64,000 bases of DNA. It comes from Alphaproteobacteria bacterium. Lineage in GTDB: Bacteria > Pseudomonadota > Alphaproteobacteria > Rs-D84. This document shows, piece after piece, positions 51,611 through 60,637 of the stretch. The notes beneath the pieces are model-generated. The model saw only the letters and a program-made list of their open reading frames with translations, did not search any database and was not told the DNA's origin. The position numbers and the translations under genes were made by a program. The DNA is taken from NCBI GenBank assembly GCA_017546265.1, contig JAFYXG010000003.1:4920-68919 (forward strand). Direction: 5' to 3'. How positions within the stretch are numbered: the stretch's first letter is position 1; every line of letters begins with the position of its first letter.

Positions 51611-54600
51611 ATGGGTCAGTTTATTCATCTGAGAACGCATTCAAAGTTTTCGGTCGGTGCCAGTACGTTGGGGATTAAAGATATCCCCAAACTGTGTGCC
51701 GCAGAGAATATGTTTGCATGCGCGTTGACTGATACAAACCTGATGTCCGGGTGTGCCGAGTTTTCAGATGTGATGCCATCAAATAAACTGCAACCAATTA
51801 TCGGGTTGGAAATTACCCTGAATCAGCATGCTGTTGACCCAAAAATGCTGCGCGAAAATGCGTTGTCTAAAATCGTGCTGTTGGCACAAAATCATGAAGG
51901 TTATCTGAATCTGTGTGATTTGAACCGTATAATGTATATGCGTATGGATAACCATCATTTAGGGCCATTTGTGTCTTTTGAGGAGTTAGAACAACACAGT
52001 AGTGGACTGATTTGTTTGTCGGGTGCACATCTGGGACCAATTGGTATGGCTTTTTTGAATGGACAAGATGATCAGGCTCGGAGTTATGCTAAACGCCTGT
52101 TAGATATTTTTGGCGATAGATTCTATATCGAAATTCAGCGGCATGGTTTGGAAGATGAAGTTAAGACTGAACCAGGTTTTTTGACCATCGCACGCGAAAT
52201 GAATATTCCAATTGTGGCAACAAATGATGCGTGTTTCGCATCCAGTAAAAATTATGAGTCTGCTGATGCGTTGGGATGCGTGTTGGGTCAGACCAAGGTG
52301 ATTGATCCAGAACGACCACGAAAGTCTTCTGAACAGTTCTTTAAATCCGCAGAACAGATGACAGAGATTTTTTCTGACCTGCCCGAGGCTATAGAAAATA
52401 CAGTCGTTATTGCTCGGCGATGTGGTTTTATGGTTAATGTTCATGAAAAACCGCTGTTGCCGCGTTTCGGTGATGACCTGGAAACCGAGTGCCAAATGTT
52501 GCGTGATGATACAATGAATGGGTTGAAACGCAGACTGGAACAGCATGGAATTACAGATACTGCACCGTACTATGAACAGGCAGAATTTGAACTGGGGGTT
52601 ATTATAGGTATGGGATTCCCGGGGTATTTCTTGATTGTGGCAGATTATATCGATTGGTGCAGAAATAATGATGTCTTGACCGGGCCGGGACGTGGGTCGG
52701 GGGCCGGATCAATCGTGGCGTGGGCTTTGGGAATTACAAATGTTGACCCGCTGAAGTATGGGTTGCTGTTTGAAAGATTTTTGAATCCTGATCGTATTTC
52801 TATGCCGGACTTTGACGTGGATTTTGAACCAACTGGTATTGAAAAGGTGTTAAGGTATGTCTGTGAAAAGTATGGTCATGATTCTGTATGTCGTATTATT
52901 ACCTTTGGTAAGTTGTTGGCACGTGGTGCAATTCGTGATATTGGACGTGTGTACGGTATGCCCTATTCTAAATCTGACAGATTGTCGAAAATGATCCCAC
53001 AAGATGCCAAAGATCTGAAGGATGCAGTTGGTGGGTCAACCGAAATTCAAGATGTTCTGAATAATGATGAAGATCTGAACAAGGTCGTTATGGTTGCCGA
53101 AGAATTAGAAGGTTCGCTGCGAAACCTGGGACAGCATGCCTGTGGCGTGGTTATTGGAGATAGACCAACAACTAAAATCGCACCAGTTTATCGCGATCCA
53201 GCCAACCCGCTGCCTTCGTGTCAATTTGATGGAAAATATCTGGAAAAATCAGGGTTGATTAAGTTTGACTTTTTGGGGCTGGAAACGTTGGTGGTGTTGA
53301 AATATGCAATCCGTTTGATTCAGCAAACTCGCGGAATAAATATTGACCTGGATCAGATTCCGGTTGATGACCCAAAAACAATGGCATTATGGCAACAGGG
53401 ATTGACAGAAGGAATATTCCAGTTTGATGCAGACTTTGTTCAGCAGACTTTGCGTAAAATGCATCCGACCAGTTTCTTGGAAATATCTGCGTTAAATGCG
53501 TTGAACAGACCAGGACCAATTCAGTTTATTCCCCAGTTTATCGCACGTATGCACGGTGAAGAAGAAATTGAATATGTGCATCCACGTGCCGAACCAATTT
53601 TAAAAGAAACATATGGAATTATTGTTTACCAGGAACAGGTGATGCAGTTGGTGCGTGCGTTGGCCGGTTTTACCCGCGGTCAATCTGATAACGTGCGTAA
53701 GGCCATGGGTAAAAAGATTATTTCTATGTTGGACGAGTTAGAGGGATTGTTTTATGAGGGGTGTGAAAAAGAAGGTACTTTGGACAGAACGACTGCAAAA
53801 GATTTGTGGGAAAAGTTCAAGGATTTTGCCAAGTATGCATTCAATAAATCACACGCGATTGCTTATTCTATTGTTGCAAATCAGTGTGCGTATCTGAAAG
53901 CAAACTATACCCCAGAATTCCTGGCCGCTTCTATGTCCAGTAATCTGAATGATACAGACCAATTGTCTATATTCGTTGATGATGCAAAAAATAACTTTGG
54001 CATTCAGATTGTCGCACCTGATATCAACCAAAGTGATTCTTTGTTTACTGTTCGTGATGGCAAGATTGTCTATGGGTTGGCCGCGTTAAAGGGGGTCGGT
54101 ACTGTCGCAACAGACGCGATTGTCGCGGAACGTAATGCACATGGAAAATTTAAAAATCTGACAGATTTTGCAAAACGATGTGCACCAATAATGAATAAAC
54201 GTATTTTGGAGGCGTTTGCCAAGACTGGTGTTCTGGATTCGCTGGAACCAAATCGGGCGGCAATATTTATGAACGCCGATGCGATTTTGTCGTATGGGGC
54301 AAAATCCAAAGATGGCGGGAATATGTTGTCGCTGTTTGCAAATACGGTCGAAGACGATGTATCCGAAGACAGATTGAAAAAGAATCTGCCAAAGACAGAA
54401 CCGTGGACGTTTGGGCAAAAACTGGAAAACGAACTGTCGGCGTTGGGGTTCTATATTTCTGCACATCCGCTGGACCAGTATAAACATTTAATTCAACGTG
54501 CAAAATTGGCAACCAGTGCTACGTTGGAAAGCCTGGGCGATAGAAAGTCGGTACAGATTGCTGCAAATGTTAATTCGTTCGGGCGGCGGCGTACAAAAAC

Positions 54601-55021
54601 AGGTAAAGATATGCTGACAATTGCCGCATCGGATAGTTTCGGGAATATAGATGCAGTGGCTTTCGGTGAGTCTGCGGTGGAATTGTCCCAGATATTGGCA
54701 AATGAAAAAGGTGCAATTTTAATATCGGGCAAGACATCAAATCGTGATGACAGGGTGTCTATTTTTGTGGACTCTATTATCCCCCTGACCCAGTGGGTTG
54801 CGAAAATCGCCAAGAAAATTACACTGGATATTCGGGACCAGGCGGTTCTGCATGATGTGAAAAAGGCCCTGATTTCATTGCCACGTGGGTATACGCGGGT
54901 GGAACTGGTGTTGCATGGGGCGGAAAAAACAGCGACTGTTGCCCTGCCCGGCGGGGTCGAGTTGGGTAATACAACCGTGGCTGATTTGGCCGCACTGGGG
55001 TTAAAGGTGGAGATTGAATAA
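51611..55021 (+). CDS. dnaE: DNA polymerase III alpha subunit
   Basis: PHP N-terminus (HLRTHSKFS), palm/fingers (GLIKFDFLGLETL), an OB fold near the C-terminus, 1136 aa. Confidence 0.98.
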   Translation: MGQFIHLRTHSKFSVGASTLGIKDIPKLCAAENMFACALTDTNLMSGCAEFSDVMPSNKLQPIIGLEITLNQHAVDPKMLRENALSKIVLLAQNHEGYLNLCDLNRIMYMRMDNHHLGPFVSFEELEQHSSGLICLSGAHLGPIGMAFLNGQDDQARSYAKRLLDIFGDRFYIEIQRHGLEDEVKTEPGFLTIAREMNIPIVATNDACFASSKNYESADALGCVLGQTKVIDPERPRKSSEQFFKSAEQMTEIFSDLPEAIENTVVIARRCGFMVNVHEKPLLPRFGDDLETECQMLRDDTMNGLKRRLEQHGITDTAPYYEQAEFELGVIIGMGFPGYFLIVADYIDWCRNNDVLTGPGRGSGAGSIVAWALGITNVDPLKYGLLFERFLNPDRISMPDFDVDFEPTGIEKVLRYVCEKYGHDSVCRIITFGKLLARGAIRDIGRVYGMPYSKSDRLSKMIPQDAKDLKDAVGGSTEIQDVLNNDEDLNKVVMVAEELEGSLRNLGQHACGVVIGDRPTTKIAPVYRDPANPLPSCQFDGKYLEKSGLIKFDFLGLETLVVLKYAIRLIQQTRGINIDLDQIPVDDPKTMALWQQGLTEGIFQFDADFVQQTLRKMHPTSFLEISALNALNRPGPIQFIPQFIARMHGEEEIEYVHPRAEPILKETYGIIVYQEQVMQLVRALAGFTRGQSDNVRKAMGKKIISMLDELEGLFYEGCEKEGTLDRTTAKDLWEKFKDFAKYAFNKSHAIAYSIVANQCAYLKANYTPEFLAASMSSNLNDTDQLSIFVDDAKNNFGIQIVAPDINQSDSLFTVRDGKIVYGLAALKGVGTVATDAIVAERNAHGKFKNLTDFAKRCAPIMNKRILEAFAKTGVLDSLEPNRAAIFMNADAILSYGAKSKDGGNMLSLFANTVEDDVSEDRLKKNLPKTEPWTFGQKLENELSALGFYISAHPLDQYKHLIQRAKLATSATLESLGDRKSVQIAANVNSFGRRRTKTGKDMLTIAASDSFGNIDAVAFGESAVELSQILANEKGAILISGKTSNRDDRVSIFVDSIIPLTQWVAKIAKKITLDIRDQAVLHDVKKALISLPRGYTRVELVLHGAEKTATVALPGGVELGNTTVADLAALGLKVEIE

Positions 55022-55022
55022 T

Positions 55023-55874
55023 ATGGCGGAAAAACATATTCCTGTTTTGCTGGGGGCAGTTGTAAATGCGTTGGGTGATATTCGTGGCAAGACAATTGTG
55101 GATTGTACATTCGGTGCCGGTGGGTACAGCCGAAAATTCTTGCAGTCTGGGGCATATGTTATCGCGTTTGACCGTGATCCAAATGTAATCCCAGATGCCG
55201 ATAAGTTAAAACATGATTATCCAGAACATTTTGTATTTATATCTAAGACTTTTTCAAATATATCAGAATTGACACAGAATATAGATGCGATTGTGATGGA
55301 TTTGGGGATTTCTTCGATGCAAATCGATGAACCAGAGCGTGGTTTTTCGTTTCGTGCGGATGCGGAACTGGATATGCGGATGAGTCAGTCTGGAATCAGT
55401 GCTGCAGATTTAATAGGTCAGTGTTCTGTCGAAGAATTGGCACAGATTCTGCGGGACTATGGTGATGTGAAAAAAGCAAATGTTCTGGCACGGGTAATCA
55501 AAGATGCGCAACCTAAAACAACCATGGAACTGCGGAATTTAATTCATAATCCAAAGGATATCGCACCCGTTTTTCAGGCGTTGCGAATTGCAGTAAATGA
55601 TGAAATGGGGGAACTGGAACGGACATTGGCTGTGGTGCCGCAATTGCTGCAGGCGGGAGGCAAGTGTATTTGTGTGACTTTCCATTCGCTGGAAGACAGA
55701 ATTGTAAAAAACACATTCAAAAAGTGGACGATCGCCCCGGGGGACCCGCGTTTACCGGCGGTTGCCGCTGCCAATTTCGATTTGATTAAAACGGCTGTGC
55801 CGACAAAGGATGAACTGGATAATAATCCACGGGCACGGTCTGCACATATGAGGGGCGTTATAAAATCGCATTGA
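55023..55874 (+). CDS. rsmH: 16S rRNA m4C1402 methyltransferase
   Basis: HIPVLLGAVVNAL, DCTFGAGGYS, DLGISSMQID, FHSLEDRIVK. Confidence 0.93.
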   Translation: MAEKHIPVLLGAVVNALGDIRGKTIVDCTFGAGGYSRKFLQSGAYVIAFDRDPNVIPDADKLKHDYPEHFVFISKTFSNISELTQNIDAIVMDLGISSMQIDEPERGFSFRADAELDMRMSQSGISAADLIGQCSVEELAQILRDYGDVKKANVLARVIKDAQPKTTMELRNLIHNPKDIAPVFQALRIAVNDEMGELERTLAVVPQLLQAGGKCICVTFHSLEDRIVKNTFKKWTIAPGDPRLPAVAAANFDLIKTAVPTKDELDNNPRARSAHMRGVIKSH

Positions 55875-55925
55875 CGAAGACCGGTCGTTTTTTCTAATAT
55901 TGTATTAAGGAACGGAAAGGTAATT

Positions 55926-56318
55926 ATGAGTAAGGCAATTAAAAAATCACTCAAAAATGCTGTTGAACAAATAGACAATGCAAAAAAAGTAAATCCGCTG
56001 GATTTGTCTGCAGATCAGGATTTGACAATCGCTTTAATGAACATGATTGCAATTGAAAAAAATTCGAATTATCCAAAATTGGTACAGATGGTTCGTGATA
56101 TTCGGACGGATTTAATGCGGCCGATGCTGGAAAATGTTCAATATGATGGTGATATATGGCCAATGTCCGAGAAATTGTTGGGAAAAATGGCCGAACAAAT
56201 GGACCATGGAAATCATGCGTTGGAGTCAAAAAAAACACAAGAAGCATATGCTGCATATGATGCTGTGTTTGATGCATGGGTAATTTTTATGGGGATTTTG
56301 TGCGAAGTGGAAATTTAG
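55926..56318 (+). CDS. Hypothetical 130-aa helical protein
   Basis: It has no signal peptide and lies immediately upstream of the family A paralog. I recognise no family, and it is not FtsL-like because it lacks a TM segment. Confidence 0.55.
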   Translation: MSKAIKKSLKNAVEQIDNAKKVNPLDLSADQDLTIALMNMIAIEKNSNYPKLVQMVRDIRTDLMRPMLENVQYDGDIWPMSEKLLGKMAEQMDHGNHALESKKTQEAYAAYDAVFDAWVIFMGILCEVEI

Positions 56319-56371
56319 TGTTGATTCAGGTGTATGTAAAATGATAAAATTACGGAAAAGAGAGAATTGAA

Positions 56372-58810
56372 TTGAAGCACGTTTTTTATAATCTTGGTAG
56401 ATTTTCTGCATTTTTCGCCGCTGTGTGTGTTGGTGGAAATGTGTTGGCGGCTCAGGCACCTAATCCACGCAGTGCGGTTCAAACAAATGTTTCGGGTCAG
56501 CGGGCAGATGGTCATGTGGTTAATCGTGGTGGTGATAATGCCCAGGTGGTAAATAATTCTGCACGCAGTGCCTCGGCACAACGGGCGGCCGTGGCATCGC
56601 GTTCGGCGACAGGTGCACAGGTCGCTCGCAGTGCAAATCGTCAGAATGCACCAGTTCGTCCAGATGTGACAAGTGTTCGTGCGGCTTCTAATGGTATTAT
56701 TCGTGTGCCGGGTGCTGCGGGACCACGTAGTGCAACAAATGTTTCAAATGCGGGTTTGTCGCGGGCGGCATCAACGGCACGTGCAACCGCTGTGTTTAAT
56801 GATGTTTCCAAGATTGGTGGTGGATATGCCACCTGTCGCGAGGCATATGCAACATGTATGGACCAGTTTTGTGCAAATGCAAATGATACGTATCGCAGAT
56901 GTTATTGCAGTGAAAGATTTACTGAGTTTCGTGACATAGAATATGCCCTGGACGAGGCAAAAACTTTGCTGATGCGGTTCGAGGATAATAATCTGAATGC
57001 AGTTGATAAGACCGCAGCCGAGGTTAATGCAATGTATTCTGCCACAGTTGGTGAGGCCGCAATAAAAAAAGATACCAGTGGGGCACAGGCATTGTTAAAC
57101 GAAATTGGTGATTTGTTGGCAGGTAAGAAAAAGGCCACTACAACCAGTAATTCATATAACTCGCTGGGGGTTATGTCGTTGGATTTTTCAACCGATATTG
57201 GCGATGTTTGGGGTGATGGTACGACCAGTTCTATTTTTGATACGACTACAGGTGTCGATATGACTTCATTAGAAGGTCAGGCACTGTATCAGGCTGCGAA
57301 TAAGCAATGTTTGCAGATGGTTGGTGACCAATGCGAAAGCAAGGCTGTTGTAAATATGACAACCAGTGCATATGGTATTTTGATTACCCAAGATTGTAAC
57401 GCATATGAAAAAAATATAAATTCCAAGCGTGAGGCCGTAAAACAGACTGTGCGTCAGGCTGAAAAAATCCTGCGTGATGCCAGATTGGAAGAATATCGTG
57501 CACATAATTCGGCGGATATTAACGAATGTGTGGCCAAGGTGCGTACCGCATTAACCAGTGATGTTGCATGCGGTGTGAATTACAAGCGGTGTTTGGACTA
57601 TACCGGGGTGTATGTCAATCAGACCACAGGTGATGCAATTTATTCGCCACGTTTGTTCAAATTGGAAGAACTGATTAAGTTAAATGGCGAAGGGGCGGAT
57701 GTTTTAGAACAAAACAGTGAATTTAATGCGTTTTTGAATACTAAACGTATGTATGCAAATACTGCGTTGGATACCTGTCGTGACCAGGCTGATATTGTTT
57801 GGGAAGAATTTAAGCGTACCGCGTTAATCGAAATTGCACAGGCCCAAGATGAAAAGATAGAAGAAGTAAAAATGTCATGTGTCAGCACTATGAGTGAGTG
57901 TTATGATACGCAGACATCAGCATTGCGTGACTTTGATACGACAACAGCCCAGGCGGCGGGGGCGATTTCGGCGTACGCAGCCAAGGAAATGTGTCGTGAA
58001 AAGGTCGTGGCATGTGCGGCACTGTACGGCAATAACACAGAATGTAATTTTGATGCCAATGGACATATATCGGCGGAAGATTCCAAAAAGTGCGGGATTG
58101 TGCAACTGTTGGAATTTGTTGATTCTGTTGATACCGTGCGTGTGGCCGAGGGATGCACAACCGCCGTGGAAAACTATATCGAAGAATTGTGCACGCCAAC
58201 CGCAGGTGAAATTGGTTTTCCGTGGAAATGCCGGAATTTGCCATTGCGGATAACAGATATACCTGTTGACGCCCAGGAAAACGAAAAGGAAAAACCACAG
58301 ACGTTCGAGGGAATGGTTCGTAAATATGCTGTGGATATGTGCAGCGACCCAACATTAGATAAAGAAGAAAGAATTTTTGAAGCCCTGCCCGCTCAGACAA
58401 TGAATCAGGTTAATAAATCCGTTGATGATGTTGTTGAACAGATGGAATATTTGTTGACCGAATTGTGTGATAAAGTTGGTGGTTATTGGATGGAGCCAGG
58501 ATCCAAGGGGGGAAATGATATTGCTGCGTTCTATAACACGGTTTATGGATTGGGAAACAGTCGTGCCGCAGGCAAAACAGACAGTGTTGCAACATGGGGC
58601 AGATGTGTCGACCCAACAATTATGCTGTATTGCCAGGAATATATAGATGGAATCGATATTAAGTCGAATTCGGGAAAACCGTTGGCAACGTATGATCCGG
58701 TTAAGGATGAATGCACAATGACCGATGAATGGTATGAAATGCAGTGCAAAGAACTGGGGACGGGGTATTTTGAAGGCGGTGTATGCTATGTTGTGCCATC
58801 AGAAAACTAA
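56372..58810 (+). CDS. Large secreted Cys-rich protein, family A paralog (812 aa)
   Basis: TTG start, signal peptide MKHVFYNLGRFSAFFAAVCVGGNVLAAQA. R-S-A-T-type repeats (ARSASAQRAAVASRSATGAQVARSAN...PRSAT) precede YATCREAYATCMDQFCANANDTYRRCYCSERF... Confidence 0.8.
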   Translation: MKHVFYNLGRFSAFFAAVCVGGNVLAAQAPNPRSAVQTNVSGQRADGHVVNRGGDNAQVVNNSARSASAQRAAVASRSATGAQVARSANRQNAPVRPDVTSVRAASNGIIRVPGAAGPRSATNVSNAGLSRAASTARATAVFNDVSKIGGGYATCREAYATCMDQFCANANDTYRRCYCSERFTEFRDIEYALDEAKTLLMRFEDNNLNAVDKTAAEVNAMYSATVGEAAIKKDTSGAQALLNEIGDLLAGKKKATTTSNSYNSLGVMSLDFSTDIGDVWGDGTTSSIFDTTTGVDMTSLEGQALYQAANKQCLQMVGDQCESKAVVNMTTSAYGILITQDCNAYEKNINSKREAVKQTVRQAEKILRDARLEEYRAHNSADINECVAKVRTALTSDVACGVNYKRCLDYTGVYVNQTTGDAIYSPRLFKLEELIKLNGEGADVLEQNSEFNAFLNTKRMYANTALDTCRDQADIVWEEFKRTALIEIAQAQDEKIEEVKMSCVSTMSECYDTQTSALRDFDTTTAQAAGAISAYAAKEMCREKVVACAALYGNNTECNFDANGHISAEDSKKCGIVQLLEFVDSVDTVRVAEGCTTAVENYIEELCTPTAGEIGFPWKCRNLPLRITDIPVDAQENEKEKPQTFEGMVRKYAVDMCSDPTLDKEERIFEALPAQTMNQVNKSVDDVVEQMEYLLTELCDKVGGYWMEPGSKGGNDIAAFYNTVYGLGNSRAAGKTDSVATWGRCVDPTIMLYCQEYIDGIDIKSNSGKPLATYDPVKDECTMTDEWYEMQCKELGTGYFEGGVCYVVPSEN

Positions 58811-58827
58811 ATAAAGGTTGAAAATAA

Positions 58828-60042
58828 ATGAAAAAATATTGTATTTCAGTTATTGTGTGTATGATGGTTGTTGGTGGGGCAAATGCGGCTGTTAATATTA
58901 ACAGTTCTGCACGTTCCTGGTGGGGATATAGTAATGCGACAGCAAGTGGTAATGCATCAGGGTTTATTTTAGTGGGCAGTACGGGTAAATCTGGAACACA
59001 TGGAACCTGGGGCGATGAGTGGGGAGTTATTGGTTTGGTTGCTGAAAAAATTGTTGAACATGGTGGATATTTTTGCCCGTATCAGGTGCAATGTGCAAAT
59101 AAAAAAGCAAAAAAAAGGTCTTGGACAAAGTATTTTGTTCCCAGTGGTTTAAGGTATGATCAATGTGTATGGTTGTGTGAAACTGGTTATGCCGGAGTTA
59201 ATTGTGCAAAACAAGATGGTGTGCCATTAAGGTATAACACATCGCCTTTGAATGCAACAAGCAGTGGTTTGTTTTCAGGATTGGCTATTAAAACATCTGG
59301 GGAAGATAGCAATGAAAAATCTTCTTCTGTTGCGGCATTTAATGAATGGGGCGATGATCCAAAATATGTTTCCTTGTTAGGTGGAGTAAAGTTTATGGAG
59401 CATGGTATCATGGCGGCACCTGTTATGATTGAGTGTGGACGTGATAATTGGAGAAAAATAGATTCTTTTGTTAAATCGGTGTCTTTGGCTGGAAAAACTA
59501 AATTATTGTGTGCCGAAGGGTACAAGGCAGATGCAAATGGTACAGATTGTATTCCAATTGTTCCGGCCCAGGAAAAAGTTGCCGCTCAGGAACCGCAACA
59601 GCAGGAAAAAATAGAAGAAGAAAAGTTCTGTTCTGGATTCCCAAAAGATGGATATAAGGCCGAAATGCACAATAAAGTTACACATGGCGATTGTATCAAA
59701 TATTTCTGTGGTGACCCAAACAAAGGCTTTGAATCGGCAATAAATACCAACTGTATCGACTGTTCGGCGGGGTTGCGTGGCGGGGTGCATACTGATACCG
59801 GCGTTTGTGTAAAGTGTTCTGTTGGAATGATGTTTGACGAAAAAACAAATCGCTGTATTAACGCAACCGCATATTCCAAGGTTGATATGACGTATGGCAA
59901 GGGACATACCAAGTTAACTCAGACAGTTCTGGAAAGACAATGTTGGACTAAAACAATACCATCCGAATATCGTGATTGTGTTATAAATGGTGGTGGTAAT
60001 ACCAGTACGACACGTACAGTCACTGATACCACAACAGAATAA
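58828..60042 (+). CDS. Secreted Cys-rich protein with EGF-like/CxxC modules (404 aa)
   Basis: Signal peptide MKKYCISVIVCMMVVGGANA, plus QCVWLCETGYAGVNCAKQ, CAEGYKADANGTDCIP and CIDCSAGLRGGVHTDTGVCVKCSVGMMFDEKTNRCI. Confidence 0.75.
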   Translation: MKKYCISVIVCMMVVGGANAAVNINSSARSWWGYSNATASGNASGFILVGSTGKSGTHGTWGDEWGVIGLVAEKIVEHGGYFCPYQVQCANKKAKKRSWTKYFVPSGLRYDQCVWLCETGYAGVNCAKQDGVPLRYNTSPLNATSSGLFSGLAIKTSGEDSNEKSSSVAAFNEWGDDPKYVSLLGGVKFMEHGIMAAPVMIECGRDNWRKIDSFVKSVSLAGKTKLLCAEGYKADANGTDCIPIVPAQEKVAAQEPQQQEKIEEEKFCSGFPKDGYKAEMHNKVTHGDCIKYFCGDPNKGFESAINTNCIDCSAGLRGGVHTDTGVCVKCSVGMMFDEKTNRCINATAYSKVDMTYGKGHTKLTQTVLERQCWTKTIPSEYRDCVINGGGNTSTTRTVTDTTTE

Positions 60043-60045
60043 TAA

Positions 60046-60078
60046 AGAAAAAGTTCCGTTTTTATGGAACTTTTTTTA
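60046..60078. terminator. Bidirectional terminator
   Basis: AGTTCC-GTTTTTAT-GGAACT-T7. Confidence 0.7.
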
Positions 60079-60101
60079 ATGTTAATTTCAATTTACAAAA
60101 A

Positions 60102-60521
60102 TTATTTTTGGCCGTTTAATGCACGTAATAACTTCATAACCGTTTCACGCTGGGAATCGGTGGGTAATTTCCAATATAAATTCACCAGTTGCAGGGATTC
60201 GTTTTTTGCCAGTGGATCATCTGAACCGCCGTCCGCCACACGGGGTTTTGGCAAATGTCCGTTGCGTGGTTCGCGTTCAATATGACCAGGCAGCCCCGCA
60301 AAGAAAAATGATACAGGTGTTTCTAATGCCGCGCTGAGTTCAAATAAACGCGATGCAGATATGCGATTGCCCGCACATTCATATTTTTGTATTTGTTGAA
60401 ACGTGACGCCACATATTTTTGCCAGGTCTTTCTGAGATAAACCCATCATGACACGCCGCAATTGCATGCGTTGACCAATGTGTTCGTCTATTGCCGTTGG
60501 TGTAAATGGTTTGCCACTCAT
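60102..60521 (-). CDS. XRE-family HTH transcriptional regulator
   Basis: IGQRMQLRRVMMGLSQKDLAKICGVTFQQIQKYECAGNRISASRLFELSAAL. Confidence 0.85.
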   Translation of the reverse strand: MSGKPFTPTAIDEHIGQRMQLRRVMMGLSQKDLAKICGVTFQQIQKYECAGNRISASRLFELSAALETPVSFFFAGLPGHIEREPRNGHLPKPRVADGGSDDPLAKNESLQLVNLYWKLPTDSQRETVMKLLRALNGQK

Positions 60522-60637
60522 TTTTTTTGCTCCCTAAGAACCTTATCCTTTGATATATTTTATACAATTTTTCTTTTGATTTTGCAATTAAAAAACTTTT
60601 ATACTGTGGATGAAGATGATAAGCATAGGGGAAAAGT

